From: an uncultured Thermococci archaeon
GTDB taxonomy: Archaea > Methanobacteriota_B > Thermococci > Methanofastidiosales > B48-G16
Assembly (NCBI GenBank): GCA_964595645.1
Contig: CAZQQT010000013.1
Location: forward strand, 1-49,631
Direction of reading: 5' to 3'
DNA length: 49,631 nucleotides
Shown here: piece by piece, positions 20,168 to 29,877 of the stretch
How the letters are laid out: each line of letters starts with the position of its first letter
Numbering within the stretch: position 1 is the first letter of the stretch
Made by a program: the position numbers and the translations under genes
Notes under the pieces: model-generated
Database searches by the model: none
Seen by the model: only the letters and a program-made list of their open reading frames with translations
What the model was told of the DNA's origin: nothing

Positions 20168-21349
20168 TTAGTAAACTTGTATAACAATAATTTCGTAAAT
20201 GGTATCTTCACCTCTCAACACGATCCTGTAGCTTCCCTTCTCCATAGGGAGGTGTCGTGTGTACTGTGAAGAGGTAAGCGTGAAGGGTTCAGAGTTTATC
20301 TCCAGCGTCAATCCTCGACAGTTTGAGGCGGTGACAATAAGATCTCCATCCGCATTGACATCAATACCTCTCTGTTCTTTTTCCTTAAAGATAGTGAACA
20401 GGATATTGATGAGCGTTTCTTCATACCCTTCCTCGATCGCAGAAAAGAAAACGGTACCGGTGGATATCTTCTCTCCGTCTTCAAAGGAAGTACTACCGTA
20501 TACTATTACATTCCTCGTTCCGCGGCGAAGAAAACCTGTTCCCTTTCCTACCATTACCAATTTTGTGTTATCAACGTAGAAATCGTGTTTCGTCATGTTG
20601 AGAACCCGTATACCTTCTTCATTAAGTAACTCCACAAAGGTTCGACCACTTCGTCCCAGAAAAAGAAGATTGCCCCCATTTTTTAGATACTCATAGAGTT
20701 GATGGACCTTCTCATAATCTACGCCAGAAATATCATTGACAATCACGAAATCATACTTTTCTATACTTCCATCTACTACCTCATACGGTGTGTACTGTAG
20801 AGGTAGTGGCGAAAAAGAACCTATTTTTGGAATTATCTCTTTATAATATCCCTCTACTCTGAATTCACTCCCACTCTTATCGGACTTTATAAATTTGTCC
20901 TCGTATCGATACAGTTTTTCGTACCGGTAAAAATCTTCATTGTCCACGACGTCTCCCTTCACAATAATTTTATCCAGAAGAAGATCCTCCACTTTTACCG
21001 TTTTCGATGAGGAGAGTAATATCGTGAATGGATCCTCTATCATTATTTCCGAGTTAAAAAGTTTTAGATAAAAATCAATACTGGTTCCCTCGATCTCCCA
21101 GTCAAGAACAATATTCACACTTTCCTCTCTGCAGAGCTCTTCCAGTTCCTTCTCAAGCGTCGCCAGATCCTCCGTAGCGTTGGTAGAGTACTTCACCGTG
21201 TCCACACACGCATTTTTTATACTTGTATAGAGGGCATAGAAGTTCTCTTTTTCTGGAGATGGAGGTGGATAGGAGACTTTGCTCACTGAAAAAATTGAGA
21301 GACATACTACCACTGCCGCTATTAAAAAAAATTGTGTCTTTTTATTCAT
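20168..21349 (-). CDS. Large pilin-like/adhesin protein with class III-like signal peptide
   Basis: MNKKT/QFFLIAAVVV N-terminus; last gene of the T4P operon. Confidence 0.7.
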   Translation of the reverse strand: MNKKTQFFLIAAVVVCLSIFSVSKVSYPPPSPEKENFYALYTSIKNACVDTVKYSTNATEDLATLEKELEELCREESVNIVLDWEIEGTSIDFYLKLFNSEIMIEDPFTILLSSSKTVKVEDLLLDKIIVKGDVVDNEDFYRYEKLYRYEDKFIKSDKSGSEFRVEGYYKEIIPKIGSFSPLPLQYTPYEVVDGSIEKYDFVIVNDISGVDYEKVHQLYEYLKNGGNLLFLGRSGRTFVELLNEEGIRVLNMTKHDFYVDNTKLVMVGKGTGFLRRGTRNVIVYGSTSFEDGEKISTGTVFFSAIEEGYEETLINILFTIFKEKEQRGIDVNADGDLIVTASNCRGLTLEINSEPFTLTSSQYTRHLPMEKGSYRIVLRGEDTIYEIIVIQVY

Positions 21350-21735
21350 TTATACCACAAATAAATTCTTATTTTATATATAAACGTCTCATCATCTACA
21401 ACTTTTACATATCTACTTATCGTCGTTTCCTTATCGGTCTCTCTTCCATACCGTGTATCATTTATCTCCACTGCATACGCCACGTTCTCAGGAAGACAGT
21501 CTCCAACTTTCTCGTAGAGGAGACTGTGATCGTGTTGTAACGCATAATACAAGAAGGAAGTTTCGCCCTGAGGCAGAGAGTCCAATACAATGAGCGTATC
21601 GTCTCCAAGGCCCTCGAGCTCGGCAAGATCGGACCTTTCAACGATGAGTGTTTCTGATGTATACGTGAGAAAACTAACCATAAGAATGCCGGCCAGTACG
21701 GCCTCTAGAATGCGTGCATATCCTCTCCTATTCAT
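21346..21735 (-). CDS. Type IV pilin-like protein
   Basis: MNRRG/YARILEAVLAGILMV class III signal peptide. Confidence 0.78.
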   Translation of the reverse strand: MNRRGYARILEAVLAGILMVSFLTYTSETLIVERSDLAELEGLGDDTLIVLDSLPQGETSFLYYALQHDHSLLYEKVGDCLPENVAYAVEINDTRYGRETDKETTISRYVKVVDDETFIYKIRIYLWYK

Positions 21736-21739
21736 AGTA

Positions 21740-22171
21740 TCACCAGACGTATAGCCAGAATTTTCCGAGCTCGTTATCGAGCAGTATTGGCCTCTCGTAC
21801 TTTTTTACACCTTTGTCCCGTGGAAGTATTTTTCCATAGGTAAACCGGTAACTTTCACTCTCGATCACCACCCGGAAATCTACTGTTGTGCCCAGCATTT
21901 CCTTCACATCTTTATAGTTTATTTTCATAAGTTCTTCTACCTTCCCTCTGTGGAGCACATTGGGACTCGATGCCAATCCTATTTCTTCTACCCCTGCAGG
22001 ATTCGATTCCCAATCTTCTGGCGATCCTTTACTTTTTATGAAGGTCTCCAACAATATCTCCCCTTCCTGGGACTCATCCATCCCATATTCCGTGGACAGC
22101 AGCGAATGAACCACAAAGGAGAAGGAAAACATGAAAATCACGAATGCAATTCCGAACTCTATCTTCTGCAT
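21740..22171 (-). CDS. Minor pilin-like protein
   Basis: MQKIEF plus hydrophobic helix, G.P.DW...IGLA motif; located inside the T4P operon. Confidence 0.7.
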   Translation of the reverse strand: MQKIEFGIAFVIFMFSFSFVVHSLLSTEYGMDESQEGEILLETFIKSKGSPEDWESNPAGVEEIGLASSPNVLHRGKVEELMKINYKDVKEMLGTTVDFRVVIESESYRFTYGKILPRDKGVKKYERPILLDNELGKFWLYVW

Positions 22172-22175
22172 GGTA

Positions 22176-23024
22176 TCATCCCATAAAGTAGAACACGATA
22201 TATGATACAACAACCATAATGATGCTATGTTTCAACCCAGATATAACCTTCCCGTTCATTATTTTTCCCATGATAAGTCCGTTGAAGGCTCCTTCGAGTA
22301 CTAAAAGTCTGAAAAAGAGTGTTTTGTATCCTACTAAGGACAACCCAGTAATCATCCCTCCTGCCTCTATCTGTGACATCGGGAGCAGAAATGCATAGTA
22401 GAGCAGCACCGTCATCGCGAGAAAAAGAGCGAAAATCATATACATGATCACCAAGTACGGTGAAATATTCCCTCTAAGCTCCCTCTCTATCTCCTTCAGT
22501 TGTTTTGAGTTCCGTGCAGCAGAGTCCAAAATCTCTCGCACATCTCCTCCAGATCTATTGGCCTCGATAATAAGATACACAAACTTCTCAATAAAGGGAC
22601 TCTTCACAGAAAATGCAAACCGTTTTAAGACTTCCTCAAAGGGAACACCCCAACTGATGAGCCTGTTTACTCTTTTTATTTCATCCGTAAGAACTCCGTA
22701 ATCCCGCTTCGCGCATATGGAAACAGCTTGAGGAATACTCATTCCTGAGTTCACAGAAGAAGAAACATCTGCTAGGAAATCTGGAAATATTTCCTCATAA
22801 CGCTTTATTTTTCTGAACTCAAAATATCGGTAGGTGGTGTATGGGAGAGATCCTATTAAAAATGAGAACAGAAGGAAATCATCGTATATTTCTGTACCGA
22901 AGTAAAATATTGTCGAGTAAAAAAGGAGGGTGCAAGCTGCCACTACGGGAACCATGACTAACCCTATATTGGTAAGGGTCCAGAATCCTCTCGTTAGCTC
23001 TTCTTGTTCATTTTGTCTTCCCAT
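22176..23024 (-). CDS. Type IV pilus membrane platform protein (TadC/FlaJ-like)
   Basis: T2SSF-like FPDFL.....SG, YG.L..EI, SGGD..EIL; several TM segments. Confidence 0.9.
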   Translation of the reverse strand: MGRQNEQEELTRGFWTLTNIGLVMVPVVAACTLLFYSTIFYFGTEIYDDFLLFSFLIGSLPYTTYRYFEFRKIKRYEEIFPDFLADVSSSVNSGMSIPQAVSICAKRDYGVLTDEIKRVNRLISWGVPFEEVLKRFAFSVKSPFIEKFVYLIIEANRSGGDVREILDSAARNSKQLKEIERELRGNISPYLVIMYMIFALFLAMTVLLYYAFLLPMSQIEAGGMITGLSLVGYKTLFFRLLVLEGAFNGLIMGKIMNGKVISGLKHSIIMVVVSYIVFYFMG

Positions 23025-23025
23025 C

Positions 23026-23880
23026 TTACTCCTCCGGATAGATTGTGTCTAACAACAGGATGAAAAGTATGGAAAATCCGGGAACAACGACGTAGGTGAG
23101 GATATTAAGAATATCATCATAAGTAAATGGCCCTATTTTCTGAGCGGAAAATAGTTTGAAGACACTCATGCTCACGATGAGCAGTAAAATCAGGAAAATG
23201 AAGGAAATAAAAATCTCAGAATATATACCAAGTGTTTCTGTAAATTCTCTTCGCGTTTCTCTGTAATCGAACATAATTCCATCGGCTTTATTCCTTAAAT
23301 ACATGTTTAAATCTCCTCCCGATCGTACGGTAGCTACAATTCCCTGCAAGAGATCGCCAAACCGATCAGAGGGGGTAATAAACGAGTACTCAGTCAATAC
23401 CGTTACAATATCTCTCCCAAAAACACGTGATTCTGTCACAATATTCTTTGCTTCCTTACTTATCTCACCGTAAAGAGGAGAGGTAGCGATATTCTCAAAT
23501 ATTCGTATAGGTGGCACACCTGCTCCCGCCATAGCTGCCATGTAAGTTACAGAATGTGCTAGCTTTGCATTGATATCCCTCTTTCTATTCGATGCCACAA
23601 ATCCGGGATATATGTAGAGGAGTGCGAAATTGATAAGAAGAATTATAGGAAGGATAATCAAATAGAGCAGATTTAAGTTAAAGTAGTAATATAGAGCGAA
23701 GAAAACACCAAGAAATATAACACTGTTGAGAAAAAGAACGAGTACCACCATACTCATGTACTCATGAAGCCTGACCTTCATGTTCGCACTTCTGAGTGTT
23801 TTTTTTAGTTCTTTAAAACTATCTCCAAAAACAATTTTCACGAACCCTCCAAAAAGAGTATACGCAATCTTGTACATCAC
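23026..23880 (-). CDS. Type IV pilus membrane platform protein (TadB/TadC-like)
   Basis: YMAAMAGAG, YGEISKEA..IV, TPS..F..LL.G, SGGDL..YL. Confidence 0.9.
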   Translation of the reverse strand: MMYKIAYTLFGGFVKIVFGDSFKELKKTLRSANMKVRLHEYMSMVVLVLFLNSVIFLGVFFALYYYFNLNLLYLIILPIILLINFALLYIYPGFVASNRKRDINAKLAHSVTYMAAMAGAGVPPIRIFENIATSPLYGEISKEAKNIVTESRVFGRDIVTVLTEYSFITPSDRFGDLLQGIVATVRSGGDLNMYLRNKADGIMFDYRETRREFTETLGIYSEIFISFIFLILLLIVSMSVFKLFSAQKIGPFTYDDILNILTYVVVPGFSILFILLLDTIYPEE

Positions 23881-25481
23881 ACCACTCCAATCCTCTGCAG
23901 TACCCGATCCGGATCTTTGTAGTATGTGGCAATGATATCCGCTACCTCCTCATAATGCCGGATATTATTATCTTTCATCCACTGCAAAACGTTTTTTCTG
24001 TTTTCTATTTCATTTTCAATTTTTTCCATGGATGTACCGATTTTTTCGCTCATCTCTTCCAGAAGGTAGCTCCGTCCTGTATAACTGAAATTGTCCTTAA
24101 ATGGATCCCACTCATAAAGTGTATTTGTGATAACCTCGTTTGTTGTGGGGTCCAGATCCACAACCTCTACTATCTCAGTGACCCTTCTCACAAGCTTTTC
24201 CTCGATTTTTGCCCTCTGTTGAAGTACAAGACAGTCGATGTTTTTAATGAGTATTCGTGGTATATTGATCGGCTCTGATTCCAATCTATGAATCACTCCC
24301 TGTGGGGAATCAGCGTGAATTGTTCCCATAGCTGCGTGACCCGTGGCAATTGCCTGAAACAGTGTGTAGGCCTCTTCGCCACGAACTTCGCCCACAATCA
24401 CATATTCGGGCCGTTGTCTTAGCGCTGCCTTCAAAAGATCGAACATTGTGACCTCCCCAAGCTTTCTCTCTCCTGTTTGTGGACCGAATCCTGTCCGTGT
24501 GACAGAGGAGATCCAATTTTCGTGAGGAAGGTTGAGTTCTGGTGTGTCCTCAATAGTAATCACTTTCAGCTCCGGCTTGATGAAAAGGGAGAGTGCATTG
24601 AGCGTTGTCGTCTTTCCAGAAGCTGTACCGCCTGCAACAAGTGTTGAAGATTCCTGCTCCATAATGTACCAAAGATATGCCAACATTTCCACCGAAAAGG
24701 TGCCGAAGTTAATGAGATCGATTGGCGTGAAGGGATCTTCTCTAAACTTTCGAATAGTAAAGGTGGAACCCTTTTTTGTCACCTCTTTCCCCAGCGAAAG
24801 CTGAACTCTACTGCCATCGGGCAATGCTCCATCCAGCAACGGTTCTGCCATAGAAAGATGTCTGCCGCACCGCTGGGCCAGTTTGATGATAAATGAGTCG
24901 AGTTCTTCCTCGGAGTGAAACCGCACATTCGTCCTCGTGGAACCGTAGAGCCGATGATACACGTAGACAGGGATCTTTGGGCCGTCACAACTTATATCCT
25001 CAATGTTTGGATCCCGTTTGATCGGATCTATCTTTCCATAGCCTACAAAATCTCTAATAATATAATATATAACTCTTTTCTTAGATTTGGGGCTCATTTT
25101 TACTTTATATTCTTTTATAATTCTTTCTATCTCTTCTTTTACTAGTCTTTCCAGCTCCTTTTCCTCATAGGAGGTAAAGTCTATTGTAATTGTATCTTCC
25201 AGTGTACCCACAATCTCCTTCAGAACTTTCTCCTCCCCTTGTGTGAGGCCGGGTTCAACGATGCTGTATAGGAGTGATTTCTTTTCAGGATCGAAAAATA
25301 GATGGGCAAAGGCATACGGATAATGTGTAGGGTACATAATATTCAGCTCTGTCTCATGTGTTTCGAGGATCTCGTCGGAAAGATAAGGATCGTTCAATCG
25401 TTCAGCCTCGATACTGTGGATATTAATAGGATCAGGATATTCTTTCTTAAAATTTGGATTCTCTTTTTTTCTTCCAAACAT
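23877..25481 (-). CDS. Type II/IV secretion ATPase (VirB11/FlaI/TadA family)
   Basis: DPNIEDISCDG, FTIRKF, Walker A GGTASGKTT, IEDTPEL, LRQRPE.VIVGEVRG, TGH...TIHA. Confidence 0.95.
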   Translation of the reverse strand: MFGRKKENPNFKKEYPDPINIHSIEAERLNDPYLSDEILETHETELNIMYPTHYPYAFAHLFFDPEKKSLLYSIVEPGLTQGEEKVLKEIVGTLEDTITIDFTSYEEKELERLVKEEIERIIKEYKVKMSPKSKKRVIYYIIRDFVGYGKIDPIKRDPNIEDISCDGPKIPVYVYHRLYGSTRTNVRFHSEEELDSFIIKLAQRCGRHLSMAEPLLDGALPDGSRVQLSLGKEVTKKGSTFTIRKFREDPFTPIDLINFGTFSVEMLAYLWYIMEQESSTLVAGGTASGKTTTLNALSLFIKPELKVITIEDTPELNLPHENWISSVTRTGFGPQTGERKLGEVTMFDLLKAALRQRPEYVIVGEVRGEEAYTLFQAIATGHAAMGTIHADSPQGVIHRLESEPINIPRILIKNIDCLVLQQRAKIEEKLVRRVTEIVEVVDLDPTTNEVITNTLYEWDPFKDNFSYTGRSYLLEEMSEKIGTSMEKIENEIENRKNVLQWMKDNNIRHYEEVADIIATYYKDPDRVLQRIGVV

Positions 25482-25922
25482 CTAGACCAGCTCTATCTTT
25501 TCTTCTTCATCTTCTTTGAGATATATTACCTTCATATGCTCAGCCCATAGCCCTTTTTCTACTATAATGCTCTCATCTATATTAAGATATGTCCTTACGA
25601 AATAATCCAGTTCTGGACAGTATACCTCTACATACTCTTTTGTAAGCGTTATCGTATACACATGCCCATTTATCTCTTGAGGTGCGTGTAACTCCTTTAC
25701 AATCCTCACATGCGGTGCATTTATATTTTTTCCTGAGAGATATGTGTTTGTCACGCCATGAACGATATACTCACTTATCTCCTTCATTTGTGCCTTTGCG
25801 TCTCGTGTACTCACCTTCTCATCCAATTCAACCATTGAAAAATAAACAAAGCTTACCAAAAAGGCTCCAAGAAGCATTAGAACGATTGCATCTGTAATAT
25901 TCATCAGTGCCCGATTATTCAT
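25482..25922 (-). CDS. Type IV pilin-like protein
   Basis: MNNRA/LMNITDAIVLMLLG class III-like signal; first gene of the operon. Confidence 0.72.
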   Translation of the reverse strand: MNNRALMNITDAIVLMLLGAFLVSFVYFSMVELDEKVSTRDAKAQMKEISEYIVHGVTNTYLSGKNINAPHVRIVKELHAPQEINGHVYTITLTKEYVEVYCPELDYFVRTYLNIDESIIVEKGLWAEHMKVIYLKEDEEEKIELV

Positions 25923-26041
25923 TAGTATCTATTTATCTTAAGTCTTTTTTAAGTTTTCGAAGGGTTCGATAGTTCGAATGATCGATCAAATAAACCAAAA
26001 CCTTTTTATAGAAATTTTAAGATGTAGAGGGGGTGAGGATT

Positions 26042-26497
26042 ATGATACAACCGATAGTAATCACAGACAAAAAGAGAAAAGGGAGAGGTTTTAGTTTAAA
26101 AGAGCTAAAAGAAGCAGAATTGCATATAGATAAAGCCAAAAAACTGGGAATTATCGTAGACAAAAGAAGAAAAACAGCCTACGATGAAAATATTGAAAAA
26201 CTAAAAGATCTTTTGGAATCTAAAGGAAAAGAAGAAAAAATAGAAGAGAAAGTAAAAGAGAAAGAAGAAAAAGTGGAAAGGAAGAAAGAAGTGCCAAAAA
26301 GAAAGCCTAAAAAAGAAGAAATTGCACTTACAGAGGTAAGGGGTATCGGGAAGAAACGATCAGAGACCCTAGAAGAGGCTGGGATCACAAGTGCGAACGA
26401 CCTTGTATCGCTGAGCGTTGAAGAAGTAATGGAGAAAGCTGGATTGTCCGAAAAGATGGCAAGCAAGCTGAAGAAAAATGCTGAAGAGCTCTTCTAA
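26042..26497 (+). CDS. rpl13e: Ribosomal protein L13e fused to a C-terminal helix-hairpin-helix domain
   Basis: [14 protein letters not shown]...[13 protein letters not shown]...NIE.L is the L13e signature; [16 protein letters not shown] is an HhH motif. Confidence 0.8.
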   Translation: MIQPIVITDKKRKGRGFSLKELKEAELHIDKAKKLGIIVDKRRKTAYDENIEKLKDLLESKGKEEKIEEKVKEKEEKVERKKEVPKRKPKKEEIALTEVRGIGKKRSETLEEAGITSANDLVSLSVEEVMEKAGLSEKMASKLKKNAEELF

Positions 26498-26539
26498 ACC
26501 TCCCGAAACTCTTTTTATCTTTTCTTCTGTATACATCTT

Positions 26540-27028
26540 ATGATACGTGCAGCAAAAAAAGAAGACGCCCCTACTCTTGTAAAGTGTATCCACCGTATTT
26601 TGAAAGAAACATGGAAACAGTATGAAAGGGGATACTATCCTGAGGAAGCAATAGCATTTGATATTCAACAATTTACTGTGGAAAAAATAAAAAAATTTAT
26701 TTCATCAGAGAATCGATTTCTCTTTATCGCGGAGAAAGATACAGTAGTCGGATACGCGCATGGAATGCACTATGGAAAAAGTGGATTTGGAATACTCCAT
26801 GGAATCGGTGTGGATTTCGCGTACCAACGAAAGAAACTAGGAACACGGCTCTTGGAAAAAGTCTTCGAGTACTGCAGAGAAAAGAACCTGCACAAGCTCT
26901 CCCTCTACACGTTTCCTGTCCTGCGGCCGGCAGTAAATCTCTATCTAAAGATGGGGTTTGTGCCTGAGGCATACCTCAAAAAGCAGTGGTGGGGCGTGGA
27001 CTTCATCTTTATGAGCAAATGGTTTTAG
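26540..27028 (+). CDS. GNAT family N-acetyltransferase
   Basis: IRAA...D, IGV...YQRKKLGTRLL, AVNLY.KMGF. Confidence 0.9.
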   Translation: MIRAAKKEDAPTLVKCIHRILKETWKQYERGYYPEEAIAFDIQQFTVEKIKKFISSENRFLFIAEKDTVVGYAHGMHYGKSGFGILHGIGVDFAYQRKKLGTRLLEKVFEYCREKNLHKLSLYTFPVLRPAVNLYLKMGFVPEAYLKKQWWGVDFIFMSKWF

Positions 27029-27051
27029 AAGAGTTCAATCAGTTCTGCTCA

Positions 27052-28147
27052 ATTTCAATACTATTCTAGTTAAATGAAGACGTCGTCGCCTAGATAAATG
27101 TAGATTCTGCCGTTCGCATTTCAATACTATTCTAGTTAAATGAAGACGGCCTTTTCCGGAGGTTCCTCATTTTTTTCGAGCTGTATTTCAATACTATTCT
27201 AGTTAAATGAAGACCTACAAATAAGGAACTAGAGAGGAAAGCATTAATGAAATTTCAATACTATTCTAGTTAAATGAAGACATAAATGAATTTATTGGTA
27301 GCAATTGATGGATTAAAATTTCAATACTATTCTAGTTAAATGAAGACCTTTCCAAAGTTGTCATGGATACTTTTTCTCATTTATATTTCAATACTATTCT
27401 AGTTAAATGAAGACAAAAGGAAGGGAAAATGCTGATGTTTTTGAAGAGTTATTTCAATACTATTCTAGTTAAATGAAGACTCGTCTTCGAAAAATACAGC
27501 TTTTGACAATATACCAACATATTTCAATACTATTCTAGTTAAATGAAGACAAACTATAAAAGAAGTGGGATTATTTAATCAATCTTATTTCAATACTATT
27601 CTAGTTAAATGAAGACCCTTATTGCCGATAACAATGGCTGTCAAGTTAGATTTATTTCAATACTATTCTAGTTAAATGAAGACTTTTATTTTAGTCATAT
27701 TCAATCACCTCTTATATTTATTTCAATACTATTCTAGTTAAATGAAGACGTATTTCAGCTGATTTCTTCCCCATTATTGCACTAATATTTCAATACTATT
27801 CTAGTTAAATGAAGACCTTAATGATGAGTTGCTTGAAGAAGACTTAAGTTGTAATTTCAATACTATTCTAGTTAAATGAAGACATAGTGAAATGATCAAT
27901 ATAGGAGACATGCTTGTCAATTTCAATACTATTCTAGTTAAATGAAGACTGCGATCAAATGGGAAATAGGTGATCGTTACAGGTGGATTTCAATACTATT
28001 CTAGTTAAATGAAGACTTCCTCAACTGCTGTTGTACATTATTAATCAATTGAATTTCAATACTATTCTAGTTAAATGAAGACCATACAGCATGGTCGGGG
28101 CGTTGGGGCAGGATCGGATTTCAATACTATTCTAGTTAAATGAAGAC
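27052..28147 (-). CRISPR. CRISPR array, 17 identical 30-nt repeats (GTCTTCATTTAACTAGAATAGTATTGAAAT on the minus strand) and 16 spacers of 35-40 nt
   Basis: atttcaatactattctagttaaatgaagac starts at 27052, 27118, 27185, 27252, 27318, 27385, 27451, 27521, 27587, 27654, 27720, 27787, 27854, 27920, 27987, 28053 and 28118; the ATTGAAAT 3' end sets the orientation. Confidence 0.98.
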
Positions 28148-28240
28148 CTGCCTCACAGGTACCATTCTATTGGATTCAAGCTATATAAGGTTTCCGATCG
28201 GGATTTGCCCAACCTCGCAGATCGTCGTTATTTATAAAGA
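28148..28240 (-). promoter_or_regulatory. CRISPR leader with BRE/TATA
   Basis: Minus-strand GAAACCTTATATAG at about 28181-28194, roughly 35 nt upstream of the first repeat. Confidence 0.6.
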
Positions 28241-28348
28241 CTGGGACAAAGGGGGATGGATCCAGATATTTGATATCATCAGTTAAGTCTTTAACATGGA
28301 GAATTCTCTTGCAAAAAGATTTTTATACCGATAAAATATCGTACACTC

Positions 28349-28930
28349 ATGTTGGGAAAGTACAGATCATGGTACGAACGCACATTTCGAGGCCTTGGAG
28401 AGAAACTTGCCCGACTGAAGATCACGCCGAACCAACTCACGATCCTCTCTCTTATTCCTGCAGTAGCCTCATGTTACTTTTTTTCTCAGCAAATAGTTCT
28501 TTGGGGAGTAGTGTGTATGGCAGTGAGCTTCTTTATCGATGCACTGGACGGAAGTCTCGCACGGGCCACTGGTATGACCACGAAGATAGGAAAGGTACTG
28601 GATCCTGTTGTTGATAGGTATGTCGAGTTCTTGGTCCTCTTTGGATTGGCATTGGGAGAAATGGCAGAGTTCTGGGCAACTATGTACTGCATTTTTGGAA
28701 TGCTTATGGCTTCTTATGCAAGAGCTCGTGCAGAATCAGTAGAGAACATTAATCTTTTAAGTGTTGGGGCTATGGAACGCCAGGAAAAATTTTTACTGCT
28801 CATCGTTGGAATAATACTCTTCAACTACTATACAAATGCGCTCACCTATACTCTGGTAATTATTGGCACTTTTTCTCATATTACCGTGTTACAGCGATTA
28901 ATAGGTGCAAATAGGAGGATGGAAGAATGA
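28349..28930 (+). CDS. CDP-alcohol phosphatidyltransferase (archaetidylinositol phosphate synthase-like)
   Basis: TPNQLT, DALDGSLAR, G..LD.V.DRY, SY.RARAE. Confidence 0.92.
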   Translation: MLGKYRSWYERTFRGLGEKLARLKITPNQLTILSLIPAVASCYFFSQQIVLWGVVCMAVSFFIDALDGSLARATGMTTKIGKVLDPVVDRYVEFLVLFGLALGEMAEFWATMYCIFGMLMASYARARAESVENINLLSVGAMERQEKFLLLIVGIILFNYYTNALTYTLVIIGTFSHITVLQRLIGANRRMEE

Positions 28931-29805
28931 TTACATGTATTGGAAATCCTGTATATGACTATATTGAAACGCCATTGGTAAAACCGGAGAAAAGAATCCT
29001 CTCAGGATGTTCCACCAACGCGTGTATTGTAATGCGGAAATTGAACATGGCTACGACACTTGTGGGTAGCGTTGGTAGTGATTTCCTCGAGGACTTTAAA
29101 AAGAGTATGGAAGAACTGGGGATACAGTATTATGCGAAGGAATGTGAAGAATCTGGAGGATTTTCGTTGAAATACTTTGATAATGGGGATAGAGAGCTAA
29201 ATATACTTGGTATCGCCGAGAAGATCGAGCAATATCCTCGTGAAGTACTTCACTCTGATGCTATTCTTCTTGCACCCATACTGCAAGAGATATCCTTCGA
29301 CCTTCACCACTTACGAGAAGAGTATGAAGGAATGATCGTCCTCGATCCCCAAGGATTTCTGCGGTGCATCAAGAATGATAAAATCATGAGGCGAAAAAAT
29401 CCACAGATAGAAGAAATTGTGGGAGTATGTGATATTGTGAAGCCGAACGAGTACGAAGCTGAGGTGATGACAGGAACTGACCCGAAAGAAGACCCCAAAA
29501 CAGTCCTGGAAACACTCTACTCATGGGGGCCTGATATTGCCATCGTCACCTTGGGGGAGAAGGGGAGTCTCATCTTTGATGGAAGTGAAATCATGGAGAT
29601 ACCCGCCTATAGAACAACTACTGTTGATCCAACCGGTGCAGGAGATACCTACGCAGGAGGATTCATATTTGAGTACCTCTCCACAGGAGATTCATGGAAT
29701 GCGGGCCTTTTCGCCTCGTGCACCGCTTCAATTATGGTAGAAAATTTGGGAGAAATTCCTGTGACTGAAGAAGAAGTGAGAAGGAGAGTCGCAGAATTGG
29801 AGTAG
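28927..29805 (+). CDS. PfkB/ribokinase family carbohydrate kinase
   Basis: DPQGF, KPNE.EA, VTLGEKGS, DPTGAGDTYAGGF. Confidence 0.92.
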   Translation: MITCIGNPVYDYIETPLVKPEKRILSGCSTNACIVMRKLNMATTLVGSVGSDFLEDFKKSMEELGIQYYAKECEESGGFSLKYFDNGDRELNILGIAEKIEQYPREVLHSDAILLAPILQEISFDLHHLREEYEGMIVLDPQGFLRCIKNDKIMRRKNPQIEEIVGVCDIVKPNEYEAEVMTGTDPKEDPKTVLETLYSWGPDIAIVTLGEKGSLIFDGSEIMEIPAYRTTTVDPTGAGDTYAGGFIFEYLSTGDSWNAGLFASCTASIMVENLGEIPVTEEEVRRRVAELE

Positions 29806-29877
29806 CGGGGAGTGGATTTGAACCACTGTCCTGTGGGTTATGGGCCCACCGGGCACTCCTAGCTGCCCTACCCCGCT
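29803..29877 (-). tRNA. Initiator tRNA-Met (CAT), no encoded CCA, no intron
   Basis: AGCGGGGTAGGGCAGCTAGGAGTGCCCGGTGGGCCCATAACCCACAGGACAGTGGTTCAAATCCACTCCCCGCTA: A1-U72 pair, three G-C pairs at the base of the anticodon stem, TTCAAAT T-loop; TATA (ctttttaaag) about 35 nt upstream. Confidence 0.92.

Noticed and set aside
27052-28147. Self-targeting spacers or adjacent cryptic cas genes
   Set aside because: No spacer match was noticed by eye (not exhaustive), and the flanking ORFs have clear non-Cas motifs.
29803-29877. tRNA-Ile2(CAT), the TiaS substrate, or an integration att site
   Set aside because: A1-U72 and the three G-C anticodon-stem pairs indicate the initiator; no duplicated tRNA 3' end or integrase was seen.
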